Source of the DNA: Bacteroidaceae bacterium
Lineage (GTDB): Bacteria > Bacteroidota > Bacteroidia > Bacteroidales > Bacteroidaceae
Assembly (NCBI GenBank): GCA_045655845.1
Contig: JAZOPX010000029.1
Coordinates: 1-55,583 of the forward strand
Direction of reading: 5' to 3'
DNA length: 55,583 bases
A program made the position numbers and the translations under genes. This document shows, one piece after another, positions 9,701 to 18,430 of the stretch (the stretch's first letter is position 1; every line of letters starts with the position of its first letter). The notes under the pieces are model-generated. The model did no database searches, was not told the origin of the DNA, and worked only from the letters and a program-made list of their open reading frames with translations.

Positions 9701-12700
9701 ATAATCCCGAGGCTAGGGGAGGTGATTTCTATATCAACCTTGGTGAGGTGTCCGAGGATATCTTGAAGGATGGCAAGAAATTCTATGAGAATGGTATGCC
9801 AGTGACTGAGCAGGCGGGAACTTATGTGGAGACAAAATGGGGTCGTGTGCCCACGGCAGCCAGTCTTGTCTATGCCTTTGACAATACAGGTGCCAATCGC
9901 CCCAAGCAGGATGTGGGTCTCAACGGACTCACTAGCGACGAGGAACGCCAGTTCATTACCTATATGAACTACCTTTCCAGTGTGCGCGGTGTAGTGAACG
10001 ATGAGGCTTATCGCGAACTTGAGGCTGACCCGGCAGGAGACACCTACCACTACTATCGTGGCGACGACTATGATGAGCAGCAGCTCTCCATCCTCGACCG
10101 TTACAAACGTTTCAACAACTCCGAAGGCAACTCACCTTCATCGGATGATAACAATGGATATGACAAGAGTTCCAAGACTACGCCCGATGTCGAGGATATC
10201 AACCAGGATTACACACTCGATGAGTATGAGAAGTATTTCGAGTATCACATCTCGCTCCGTCCGCAGGATATGGTGGTGGGACGCAATCATATTACCGATA
10301 TGCGCACCTATCGCACCAAGCTGCGCAATGGGAATACCGAGGCGGTCAACTGGTATAAGTTTCGCGTGCCTATAGCGGGCTACGAGAGGGTAGTGGGAGG
10401 TATCCGAGACTTCACCTCTCTACGCTTCATGCGTATCTATATGACAGGGTTTAGCGAGCCTGTCATCGTACGTTTAGCTACGATGGAACTCATTCGTGGT
10501 ACGTGGCGCAGCTATGACCAACCCATCTTCTCGGCCGTAAACAAAGCCCCCAAGGTAAGTGGAAGCATGGTGGTGGCATCAGTCAATATTGAGGAGAATG
10601 GGGATCGTAAGCCTGTGAACTACACTATGCCTCCCGGTATCTCCCGTGTGCTCGACCCCTCACAACCCCAGCTCCGCCAAGATAACGAGCAGGCCATGAG
10701 CCTGCAGATTACAGGGCTTGAACCCAATGAAGCTCGCGCTGTGTATAATAAGACCAACCTCGATCTGCGTCGCTACGAGCATGTGCAGATGTATATCCAT
10801 GCCGAGAATCTGGTCGATGCGATGAACGAGGTAAAGGATGGTGAGATGTCTGTGTTCGTCCGTCTTGGCTCCGACTACAAGAGTAACTATTACGAGTATG
10901 AGATACCCCTCACTATAACCCCAGAGGGCTACTATGATGGCAACACCACTAACGGATGTAAGGCGGTGTGGCCCGAGGATAATATGCTCGATATAGACTT
11001 TAATAAACTCACCGAGCTGAAGCGTCGACGTAACCTTGCTGCTAATAGCGATCCCGAGGTGTCAAAGACCAAGATATACTCTGAGTTTGACGAGGATAAT
11101 CCCAAGAACCGCATTAGCGTTGTCGGTAACCCCACCATTGGTAAGGTGAAAACAGTAATGGTGGGTGTGCGCAATAATTCACGCTCGACCAAGGCCATTG
11201 AGGTATGGCTCAACGAACTACGTCTCACGGGATTCAATAACCAAGGTGGATGGGCTGCACAGAGCGCACTCAACGTGCAACTCTCCGATGCGGGTAGCGT
11301 CAATATGACTGGACATGCCGAGACCGCAGGATTTGGAGGCCTGGAGGAGGGTGTGAGCCAGCGTCGTCTCGATGACTATTTCCAGTATGCCGTGACCACC
11401 AACTTTGACCTCGGACGATTCTTCCCTGAGAAACTCAAACTCAACCTGCCGCTCTATTACTCCTATCAGCAAGAGAAGACCTCGCCGCTCTATAGCCCCT
11501 TTGATACGGACCTCTATCTCGATGACATGCTCGAGACCCTTCCAGGTATGGAGCGCGACTCATTAGCTTCGATAGCCAATCTCGTGACCACATCGAAGAA
11601 CCTTAGCCTGAGCAACGTAAAGATGAACATCACGAGCAAGAAACCCATGCCTTACGACCCTGCCAACTTCAACCTTGGCTTCTCGCGTAGCGTGAAGGAC
11701 AACTCGGGTAACATCACGCAGTATCAGCATCAGCTCACGTGGCGTGCCGTGGCGGGCTATGCCTATGCTCCAGCCATGAAACCTTGGCAACCTTTCAAGA
11801 AGATTAAGGGTAAGTCAAAGTGGCTTGACGTTATTAAAGAATTTGGTGTAAGCCCCTTGCCTCAGAGTATATCGCTCAATACGGAGATGAATCGCTCCTA
11901 TTTCGAGTTACAGACTCGTGACCTGCAGGGCTCTTTTGGAAGCATGGGTATTCCTGTAACCTTCTCGCAGGAATTTATGTGGAATCGCCGCATGGATATT
12001 CGTTGGGATCTCCTCAAGTCGCTCAAGATGAATCTCAGTACCGCAACCAATGCCGAGATAGAAGAACCCTATATGCCTGTCAATCGTTCGCTTTATCCCG
12101 ATGAGTATGCGGTGTGGAAAGACTCTGTGCAGCATAGCATAGCTCACATGGGACGTCCGCTTGACTATCAGCAATCGTTCAGTGCATCCTACCAACTCCC
12201 TTTGAGTAAGCTTCCTATCCTTGATTGGACCTCAATGGATGCCAACTTCTCCTCATCCTATACTTGGAATCGTGGAGCCACACTTACTGATGGCAGTACC
12301 TATGGCAATACCATAGCTAACCAACGCTCTTTCACCGTGAACGGTAAGTTCAATCTGGAGAATCTATATAATAAGGTGGACTTCCTCAAGGAAACCAACA
12401 AAAAGTTTGCCTCTGGCAATAAAAAAACTACCACGAAGAAACCTGCTAAAAAGCCCAAGAAGTTTACTCAGGAGATAAAGATTTTGCCTGATAGCACCTA
12501 TACCATCAAGCACGGACAGAAGAACAAGCGGCCCGAGGTGGCCTCGCGCACCAAGGAGGGCCGTCCCTACAAGGTGAAGTACAAGGTTGTCGATGAGAAT
12601 ACCATTGCTCTTACTGGCTCCGACACTGCTATGGTGAAGCTCACCATAACACCAGGTCCCGATATATCAGAGCTCCCTTGGTACAAGGCCGCTCAGTACA

Positions 12701-14109
12701 CAGCTCGAGGGTTGATGCTTGTGCGCAGCGTGTCGGCCACCTACAAGAATGCCAATTCTATGGGCCTTCCTGGCTTTATGCCTGAGGCTGGCAATATATT
12801 AGGGCAGAATGTCTTAGGTGGACTCTATGCTCCGGGATGGGACTTTGCCTTTGGTCTCACAGGAGATGATTACCTGCATCGTGCCTTCGATAATGGTTGG
12901 TTGCTCGATAATGACAGCATCGCTTATGCCGCCACCTCGAATGCTACCGAGGACTTACAGATCAAAGTCACAGTAGAACCAGCTCGTGATTTTAAGATAG
13001 ACCTCAATGCCTCGTGGGTTAAGACGGGGGCCCGCAACGTGCAGTTTATGTATGCCGGCATGCCCGAGACACAGACAGGAACGTTCAATATGACCACCAT
13101 TACCATCGGTTCGGCATTCGAGCGTAGAAAGGCAAGCAATGGCTACCATTCAGAGCACTTCAATGCTTTTGTACGTAATCTCGAGACCCTTCAACACCGC
13201 GTGCAGCAACAATATGAAGGTGCCATCTATCCCACGGGTACTTCATTGGAGGGTATGCCCTTCGATCCCAAGCATGGTGGCGTAGGTTGCTACTCGCCCG
13301 ATGTGATGATCCCCGCTTTCTTGGCTACCTATGCCGGTGGCGATGCCAGAACCTCGAGCCTCAATCTCTTCCCCTCCATGCTCTCCATGCTCCCCAACTG
13401 GAAGCTAACTTATAGTGGCCTGAGTAAACTCGAGATGTTCAAGAAGCACTTCAAGAGTGTTAATATCAACCACTCCTATAAGAGTGTTTATTCCGTAGGC
13501 TCTTTCAATACCTACAGCACCTATCAGGAGTATATGAATGGACTCGGTTTCGTTCAGGATATCACCACGGGTAGTCCTGTTCCCTCTTCTATGTTCGATA
13601 TCTCAGCTGTGAGCGTCAACGAGCAGTTCTCGCCTCTCATCGGAGTCGACGTCACTCTGCTCAATAATATGACTATGAAGCTCCAGTATAACAAGAGTCG
13701 TGTGATGAACCTAAGCATGTCATCCGTGCAACTCGTCGAGACCAACTCCGACGACATCGTCTTCGGAGTGGGGTATAAGATGACCAACGTGAAGCTCTTC
13801 GGCGCAGGTAAACGCTCTGCCTCAAATGGAGGCAAGGGCCGTGTGAGCAACGACCTTAACCTACGTGGAGACCTCTCTTGGCGCGACCAGAGTGCCCTGT
13901 GCCGCAACATACAGGACATTACCACTCAGGCCACAAGTGGCAACAAGGCTCTTAAGTTGTCGCTCTCAGCCGACTATACCTTCTCGCGCATGCTCACGCT
14001 GAATGCCTATTTTGACCATCAGACCAATATCCCCGTAGTGTCTGCATCGTCATATCCGACCTCGACCAACGACTTCGGCTTATCGCTCAAGTTCTCACTA
14101 ACGAGATAA
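6766..14109 (+). CDS. sprA: Type IX secretion system outer-membrane translocon SprA (Sov)
   Basis: This is a 2447-aa ORF with a signal peptide (LAIVVAMQSLVAMAQA). Its size and sequence character match SprA/Sov of Flavobacterium johnsoniae and Porphyromonas gingivalis. The first in-frame ATG is 60 nt inside the ORF, so the start is probably TTG 6766 or GTG 6769. Confidence 0.9.
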   Translation: MVKHDIYTYFHRIGLAIVVAMQSLVAMAQAEATDTIRQESQASRFTISKTAPETEKDLERKVADLRNPDNLTTETTYDEKNHMYIVGNKIGDSYLSVPLLMTPEEYAAWSMKRSLDAFFRNKNQEAYEKEGKKEAFDFTDMKFDLGPAEKIFGPGGVQIKTQGSAELKFGFNQKSIDNPSLPARSRNTFGFDFDEKINLSINGKVGDKVNLNMNYNTEATFDFDSKKMKLKYDGKEDEIIKLLEAGNVSFPTNSSLISGATSLFGIRADMQFGKLSLQTVVSQKTSESTSVSTKGGSQLTEFEIDVADYDENRHFFLAHYFRETYDRNMAQLPTIMSGVVITRVELWVTNKTSNYDSPRNVVAFTDLGEPSRISNPMWTVTGERMPSNTANILYYQMANTYNAIRDIDQVGAVLGEMLTGSTDYEKVANARLLTQSEYTLNKSLGYVSLKSTLKSDEVLAVAFEYTYAGKTYQVGEFSTDKKEGNDALYVKLLKSNSSSPANATWDLMMKNVYYLGANSITSKDFKLNIEYESDSTGTNLTYLPEGNMKSKTLLQLMNLDRLDAKQNANPNGFYDYVEGYTVQSSTGRVIFPVVEPFGEHLRGVIGSDVVADKYVFEELYDSTKTTAKQIAEKNKFLLTGEYAGSANNVIQLGAYNVPRGSVKVTAGGVTLTENSDYTVDYTMGTVTIINQSILDAGTPVNVSMESNTVFNMQRKTMLGMNWAYDFSKDFQMGGTLMYLNEKPLTSKVSMGDEPLKNTLWGLNMAWKHESQWITNTLDLLPGLNVTQPSRINFTAEFAQLIAGVSNQVQGSASYIDDFESSESGIDIKSPSAWMLAGIPASQPYANLTDDIRTGMNRALFNWYSIDPLFTRRNSSLTPAHIKSDLDQLSNHYVREVYERELFPNKESTYGESSTLSVLNLAYYPDERGPYNLDTNLTPEGKLLNPEQRWGGIMRQLTTTDFESSNIEYIEFWMLDPFIYNPEARGGDFYINLGEVSEDILKDGKKFYENGMPVTEQAGTYVETKWGRVPTAASLVYAFDNTGANRPKQDVGLNGLTSDEERQFITYMNYLSSVRGVVNDEAYRELEADPAGDTYHYYRGDDYDEQQLSILDRYKRFNNSEGNSPSSDDNNGYDKSSKTTPDVEDINQDYTLDEYEKYFEYHISLRPQDMVVGRNHITDMRTYRTKLRNGNTEAVNWYKFRVPIAGYERVVGGIRDFTSLRFMRIYMTGFSEPVIVRLATMELIRGTWRSYDQPIFSAVNKAPKVSGSMVVASVNIEENGDRKPVNYTMPPGISRVLDPSQPQLRQDNEQAMSLQITGLEPNEARAVYNKTNLDLRRYEHVQMYIHAENLVDAMNEVKDGEMSVFVRLGSDYKSNYYEYEIPLTITPEGYYDGNTTNGCKAVWPEDNMLDIDFNKLTELKRRRNLAANSDPEVSKTKIYSEFDEDNPKNRISVVGNPTIGKVKTVMVGVRNNSRSTKAIEVWLNELRLTGFNNQGGWAAQSALNVQLSDAGSVNMTGHAETAGFGGLEEGVSQRRLDDYFQYAVTTNFDLGRFFPEKLKLNLPLYYSYQQEKTSPLYSPFDTDLYLDDMLETLPGMERDSLASIANLVTTSKNLSLSNVKMNITSKKPMPYDPANFNLGFSRSVKDNSGNITQYQHQLTWRAVAGYAYAPAMKPWQPFKKIKGKSKWLDVIKEFGVSPLPQSISLNTEMNRSYFELQTRDLQGSFGSMGIPVTFSQEFMWNRRMDIRWDLLKSLKMNLSTATNAEIEEPYMPVNRSLYPDEYAVWKDSVQHSIAHMGRPLDYQQSFSASYQLPLSKLPILDWTSMDANFSSSYTWNRGATLTDGSTYGNTIANQRSFTVNGKFNLENLYNKVDFLKETNKKFASGNKKTTTKKPAKKPKKFTQEIKILPDSTYTIKHGQKNKRPEVASRTKEGRPYKVKYKVVDENTIALTGSDTAMVKLTITPGPDISELPWYKAAQYTARGLMLVRSVSATYKNANSMGLPGFMPEAGNILGQNVLGGLYAPGWDFAFGLTGDDYLHRAFDNGWLLDNDSIAYAATSNATEDLQIKVTVEPARDFKIDLNASWVKTGARNVQFMYAGMPETQTGTFNMTTITIGSAFERRKASNGYHSEHFNAFVRNLETLQHRVQQQYEGAIYPTGTSLEGMPFDPKHGGVGCYSPDVMIPAFLATYAGGDARTSSLNLFPSMLSMLPNWKLTYSGLSKLEMFKKHFKSVNINHSYKSVYSVGSFNTYSTYQEYMNGLGFVQDITTGSPVPSSMFDISAVSVNEQFSPLIGVDVTLLNNMTMKLQYNKSRVMNLSMSSVQLVETNSDDIVFGVGYKMTNVKLFGAGKRSASNGGKGRVSNDLNLRGDLSWRDQSALCRNIQDITTQATSGNKALKLSLSADYTFSRMLTLNAYFDHQTNIPVVSASSYPTSTNDFGLSLKFSLTR

Positions 14110-14135
14110 GAATCCTATAATGATAAACAATCCCT

Positions 14136-14534
14136 ATGCCACCTATCGACAATCAATATAAGATAAGAAATCAGGAATTCCTTCAAGAATATGCCCAACG
14201 TTCTGGTGTGAAGACCATGTTCAACGGAGTCATGTATCGCATCATCAATAAGGGTAACGGCCCTAAGCCCTCCCCCAAGAGCTATATCACCATATACTAC
14301 TCCGGAAAGCTCATCAATGGCAAGGTGTTTGACCAGACACAAAAAGGCCGTCCTAGCACCTTTCGTTTGGGTGAACTCATCACGGGATGGAACACCGCCC
14401 TGCGCGAGATGCCCGCAGGTTCGCGATGGGAAATAGTCATCCCCTATCATCTCGGCTATGGCTCACGTGCTGTGGGTGTTATCAAACCCTTCTCAACCCT
14501 CATCTTTGACATCACCTTGCTCGATGTGAGGTAA
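14136..14534 (+). CDS. FKBP-type peptidyl-prolyl cis-trans isomerase, no signal peptide
   Basis: The FKBP core reads YYSGKLINGKVFDQT...FRLGELITGWNTALREMPAGSRWEIVIPYHLGYG...PFSTLIFDITLLDV. An in-frame TAA at 14124-14126 rules out an N-terminal extension. Confidence 0.9.
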   Translation: MPPIDNQYKIRNQEFLQEYAQRSGVKTMFNGVMYRIINKGNGPKPSPKSYITIYYSGKLINGKVFDQTQKGRPSTFRLGELITGWNTALREMPAGSRWEIVIPYHLGYGSRAVGVIKPFSTLIFDITLLDVR

Positions 14535-14626
14535 TATAGGTCATAATCATCCGTTAGATAAATAAGAGTCGGAAATTCTACATTCCATAGCCAGAAACTT
14601 GTAGTTGCTGAAATGGATTACGCCTC

Positions 14627-14670
14627 GAGGTTGCCCCAGTCGAGCAGCCTCATTTTTTTTTGTTTTTTTT
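14627..14670 (+). terminator. Rho-independent terminator-like hairpin with a long T tract after the FKBP gene
   Basis: GAGGTTG (14627-14633) pairs with CAGCCTC (14645-14651) with one G:U. It is followed by TTTTTTTTTGTTTTTTTT (14653-14670). Confidence 0.45.
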
Positions 14671-15132
14671 AAGTTGCCTGGAAGGATTGTTTTCTCTACT
14701 TTCACACGATATTGTATAGATACTTAACTGGAGAGAACTATTCAAAAATAACATGAAAGTTTGTGTCATTAACACAGAGAAACATTAGGGACATAATGAT
14801 ATGGCAAAAGAATTGATTCTTTTCGATCCGAGATGCCGAATCTGTTTCTTTCACTTTGAAGCTTGAAAACTATGCATGGAGTGACCAGTGAATGCCGACC
14901 TCGTTGCTGCCGTGGACTATACCATCTACAAATTCGAGTTAACCTGTCGCGGACGTGCCAGATCCAACGACGGCTATCTCATCAATACCCCTTGCTCCTT
15001 TTTGCCAATGAAAAGCAAGAGCTACCGCTCTGTACGCAATCTTTAGTTCGTCGGTGAGGAAAGAAGAATCTATCAAAGTAAACCGTTTGTCGAGGCTTGC
15101 CGTTTCGTTGATGTCTTCGTTGTTCCTTTTTT

Positions 15133-16539
15133 TTAGAAGTGGCTTGAACCGTCGAAGCAGTGGGTGCAGAGCGTGCACTTGGGTAGGCCGATGGCCTCGA
15201 CGAGGGTGTCCACAGTGTTGAACTTCAGTGAGGTGAGATTAAAACGCTTGCGTATCTCCTCAACGAGGCGCTCGTACTGGGGTGTGCCTGGTGTAGAGTA
15301 CTTGTCGAGGTCTTTGCTATCGTCGCCCTCGAACTCCTTGATGATGCGGCGGGTGAGCAGCTCAAGGTCGCTCTTTGATGAGGTGAAGCCGAGGAAGGGA
15401 CAGCTGTGGATGATGGGGGGAGAGGCGATACGCATGTGTACCTCCTTGGCTCCGTATTCGTAGAGCTCCTGCACGTTGTCGGTGAGCTGGGTGCCACGCA
15501 CGATGGAGTCGTCGCAGAAGAGTACGCGCTTGTCATTCATCATGGCGCTGTTGGGGATGAGCTTCATCTTGGCTACGAGGGAGCGCACGGCCTGGTTCTC
15601 GGGTGTGAAGCTGCGGGGCCAGGTAGGTGTGTATTTTGAGATGGCGCGGCGGTAGGGTACGTTGAGTCCGTTGGCATAGCCGAGAGCCATACCTACACCC
15701 GAGTCGGGGATTCCGCAGGCGCAGTCGACCTCAGAAGAGTCTTGCTGGGCCATCTTATATCCGCTAGCATAGCGGGCCTCCTCGACGTTCTTGCCTTCGT
15801 AGCAAGAGTTGGGGAAACCGTAGTATACCCACAGGAAGGAACATATCTGAAGCTTGTCGTTGGGCTTACGCATCTGCTCCATACCATCGGCGCGGAGGCG
15901 TACAATCTCGCCCGGACCTACGTAGTGTTCTATCTGATAGCCGAGGTTGGGGAAGCTGTTGGTCTCGCTCGTAGCGGCATAAGCTCCGTCTTTCTTACCG
16001 ATGACGATAGGAGTGCGGCCCCATTGGTCGCGGGCTGCGATAATGCCGTCCTCGGTGAGGATGAGCATGGAGCATGAGCCCTTGATTTTGCGGAACACGT
16101 TCTCGATGCCGTCGACAAAGTCTTTACCTTGTATAATAAGGAGGGCGATGAGCTCGGTCTGGTTGGTCTTGGAGAGGCTCATCTCAGAGAAATGCATGTT
16201 GGATGCGAGAAGGTCTTGCTCCAACTCCTGTATGTTGTTGACCTTGGCTACGGTGACGATGGCAAACTTGCCCAAGTGGGAGTTGATGAGGATGGGCTGG
16301 GGGTCGGTATCGCTGATGACGCCGATGCCGGCATTGCCTTGGAACTTGGAGAGTCCCGATTCAAACTTGGTGCGGAAGTATGAACTTTCTAGGTTGTGGA
16401 TTGAGCGCATGAAGCCTACGCCCTTAGCGTATGTGGCCATACCGCCACGCTTGGTTCCCATATGTGAATTGTAATCGGTGCCGTAGAATAAATCGGTCAC
16501 ACATGCAGCTTTAGAAACTGTTCCAAAAAAACCACCCAT
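15133..16539 (-). CDS. Amidophosphoribosyltransferase-like protein (PurF family, short Bacteroidota form without the N-terminal Cys)
   Basis: The PRPP loop VLFCDDSIVRGTQL and a PurF-like Ntn-domain layout are present. The N-terminus is MGGFFG instead of MCG. The ORF is bounded upstream by a stop. Confidence 0.85.
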   Translation of the reverse strand: MGGFFGTVSKAACVTDLFYGTDYNSHMGTKRGGMATYAKGVGFMRSIHNLESSYFRTKFESGLSKFQGNAGIGVISDTDPQPILINSHLGKFAIVTVAKVNNIQELEQDLLASNMHFSEMSLSKTNQTELIALLIIQGKDFVDGIENVFRKIKGSCSMLILTEDGIIAARDQWGRTPIVIGKKDGAYAATSETNSFPNLGYQIEHYVGPGEIVRLRADGMEQMRKPNDKLQICSFLWVYYGFPNSCYEGKNVEEARYASGYKMAQQDSSEVDCACGIPDSGVGMALGYANGLNVPYRRAISKYTPTWPRSFTPENQAVRSLVAKMKLIPNSAMMNDKRVLFCDDSIVRGTQLTDNVQELYEYGAKEVHMRIASPPIIHSCPFLGFTSSKSDLELLTRRIIKEFEGDDSKDLDKYSTPGTPQYERLVEEIRKRFNLTSLKFNTVDTLVEAIGLPKCTLCTHCFDGSSHF

Positions 16540-16570
16540 AAGATTATGCTGTCTGTTATTTTAAGGACTG

Positions 16571-16578
16571 CAAAGTTA
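16571..16578 (-). promoter_or_regulatory. -7 box (TAACTTTG) for the purF-like gene
   Basis: Plus-strand caaagtta lies 32 nt upstream of the ATG at 16539. Confidence 0.45.
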
Positions 16579-16702
16579 CAAATAAAATGGGAAACGGAAG
16601 GGGTGTAAGGGGATAAAAATGTGGGGGAGGTGTAAGTTTTTTTTATGACTCCATTGTTTTGTGGAGTTGCAGTCGTGCTATGTTTTTGTCGTTGTGGAGA
16701 AT

Positions 16703-16730
16703 AAAAAAAAGTGCATCGAATCCGATGCAC
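16703..16730 (-). terminator. Rho-independent terminator of the Cys-rich peptide gene
   Basis: The minus strand reads GTGCATCG gatt CGATGCAC followed by TTTTTTTT. The stem is a perfect 8 bp with a 4-nt loop, about 40 nt after the stop at 16772-16774. Confidence 0.8.
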
Positions 16731-16771
16731 TCTATAACTATCCCGCTTTCGGCGAGAGTGGCTTTGCTTTT

Positions 16772-16954
16772 TTACTCGCAAACCTTTGTGCAAGAATCAG
16801 CAACGCAGCAAGAATCAGCTGCGCAGCATGAGTCAACTACTGCGCAGCAAGTATCTGCCTGCTCGCATGTAGCCTCGTTGCACTTCTTGTTGTTGCAGCA
16901 TGAACTCATGGTGAGAGCAGCTACTGCTACCATTACAAATAATACCTTCTTCAT
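16772..16954 (-). CDS. 60-aa Cys-rich putative lipoprotein or peptide with 12 Cys in the 42 residues after the signal
   Basis: Translation is MKKVLFVMVAVAALTMSSCCNNKKCNEATCEQADTCCAVVDSCCAADSCCVADSCTKVCE. It has a signal peptide with a lipobox-like MSSC and a repeated D-S/T-C-C module. It has its own -7 box and terminator. The ORF track begins 10 codons upstream, at 16984. Confidence 0.6.
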   Translation of the reverse strand: MKKVLFVMVAVAALTMSSCCNNKKCNEATCEQADTCCAVVDSCCAADSCCVADSCTKVCE

Positions 16955-16997
16955 TTTCGTCTTAATATTAAATTTGTTATCCAAAAAAATACGGCCG

Positions 16998-17005
16998 CAA
17001 AATTA
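16998..17005 (-). promoter_or_regulatory. -7 box (TAATTTTG) for the Cys-rich peptide gene
   Basis: Plus-strand caaaatta lies 44 nt upstream of the ATG at 16954. Confidence 0.45.
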
Positions 17006-17074
17006 CAGTTTTTTTCTGATACTTTGTATGTAAGGTGATGATTATTTTAGAAAAAATGTGTAATTTTGTGCGCT

Positions 17075-18406
17075 ATGATTGACAATACGCAGTTCAAGGA
17101 TAAAAAAGCGGTGTATTACACGCTGGGTTGTAAACTCAATTTCTCGGAGACTTCAACCATCGGACGTGCCTTGCAAGAGGTGGGATTCCGTACGGCCCGA
17201 CGTGGTGAAGAGGCCGACATTTGCGTCGTTAATACTTGTTCGGTTACAGAGCAGGCCGACAAGAAATGCCGACAAGCCATCCATCGTCTGGTGAAGCAAC
17301 ATCCTCATGCTTTTGTTGTGGTGACGGGTTGTTATGCGCAGCTCAAACCCGAGCAGGTGGCCGCTATACCAGGAGTGGACCTCGTGTTGGGTATGGATAA
17401 AAAAGGGCAATTGCTCGAATATCTAACCTCGCTCGACAAGCGCGAACAAGGAGAGATGGTAACAATCCCCACAAAGGATATACGCACCTTTGTGCCCTCA
17501 TGCTCACAGGGCGACCGCACGCGCTTCTTCCTCAAGGTACAGGATGGATGCGATTACTTCTGCTCTTATTGTACGATTCCTTATGCTCGTGGACGCAGTC
17601 GTAATGGCACTATCGCCTCGCTCGTGGAGCAGGCTCAACAAGCTGCTGCCGAAGGAGCAAAAGAGATTGTCATCACGGGTGTCAATATCGGTGACTTTGG
17701 CAAGACGACGGGCGAGACATTCATCGGCCTTATCCGTGAGCTGGACAAGGTGGAGGGCATCGAGCGTTACCGCATCTCGTCTATCGAGCCCAATCTGCTC
17801 ACCGATGAGGTCATCGAGTTTGTGGCTCAGTCGCGTGCTTTCATGCCGCACTTTCATATCCCCCTGCAGGCGGGTAGCGATGCAGTACTCAAGCTCATGC
17901 GTCGCCGCTACGATACTGCACTCTTTGCCTTAAAGATACAGAAGATTCGCGAACTCATGCCCGATGCTTTTATTGGTGTGGATGTCATCGTGGGTACTCG
18001 TGGTGAGGTAGAGGAGTATTTTGAGGAGGCTTACCGCTTCATCGACTCATTGGATATATCGGCACTGCACGTCTTTAGCTACTCGGAGCGTCCCGGTACA
18101 CAGGCCCTAAAGATAGAGTATAAGGTAACTCCGCGGGAAAAGCATCGCCGTAGCGAACGACTCCTTGCGCTCTCTGATGCCAAGCAACGGGCTTTCTATG
18201 AACGCCACATAGGCAAGGAGGTTGTGGTACTGCTTGAGAAGCCCAAGGCGGGACAGCCCTTCCACGGCTTCACTGACAATTATATAAGAGTAGAGGTTAG
18301 TGACCCTCGGGCTCGAGATAATGCATTGGTGCGTGTTCGTCTCGGTGACTTCAACGAAGAGGGTACTGCACTGCGTGGCGAGGAGTTGTGTGTAGTTAAG
18401 AGTTGA
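17075..18406 (+). CDS. mtaB: tRNA (t6A37) methylthiotransferase MtaB (radical SAM)
   Basis: N-terminal Cys triad (TLGCKLN, NTCSVT, TGCYAQ), the radical-SAM motif CDYFCSYC and a TRAM-like C-terminus are present. ATG 17075 gives MIDNTQFKDKKAVYYTLGC. The ORF-track start at 17066 is a TTG. Confidence 0.9.
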   Translation: MIDNTQFKDKKAVYYTLGCKLNFSETSTIGRALQEVGFRTARRGEEADICVVNTCSVTEQADKKCRQAIHRLVKQHPHAFVVVTGCYAQLKPEQVAAIPGVDLVLGMDKKGQLLEYLTSLDKREQGEMVTIPTKDIRTFVPSCSQGDRTRFFLKVQDGCDYFCSYCTIPYARGRSRNGTIASLVEQAQQAAAEGAKEIVITGVNIGDFGKTTGETFIGLIRELDKVEGIERYRISSIEPNLLTDEVIEFVAQSRAFMPHFHIPLQAGSDAVLKLMRRRYDTALFALKIQKIRELMPDAFIGVDVIVGTRGEVEEYFEEAYRFIDSLDISALHVFSYSERPGTQALKIEYKVTPREKHRRSERLLALSDAKQRAFYERHIGKEVVVLLEKPKAGQPFHGFTDNYIRVEVSDPRARDNALVRVRLGDFNEEGTALRGEELCVVKS

Positions 18407-18430
18407 CTTATCTTTCGTTTCTCGATCTTT

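Noticed and set aside
14136-14534. Whether the FKBP 26 bp downstream of sprA is the peptidyl-prolyl isomerase subunit reported in SprA translocon complexes.
   Set aside because: The ORF has no signal peptide and cannot be extended, because of an in-frame TAA at 14124-14126. The protein is therefore predicted to be cytoplasmic, whereas the translocon-associated isomerase must be periplasmic. The linkage may still reflect co-transcription.
14863-15057. A 64-aa plus-strand ORF in the FKBP / purF-like gap.
   Set aside because: Its R/C/L-rich translation has no signal or motif. It lies antisense to the more protein-like, though stop-interrupted, minus-strand frame.
16772-18406. Whether the Cys-rich peptide is a RiPP precursor matured by the adjacent radical-SAM enzyme.
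   Set aside because: The neighbour has the full MtaB architecture: an N-terminal Cys triad domain, CxxxCxxC and a TRAM-like C-terminus. It is transcribed divergently. This fits a housekeeping tRNA methylthiotransferase, not a SPASM or peptide maturase.
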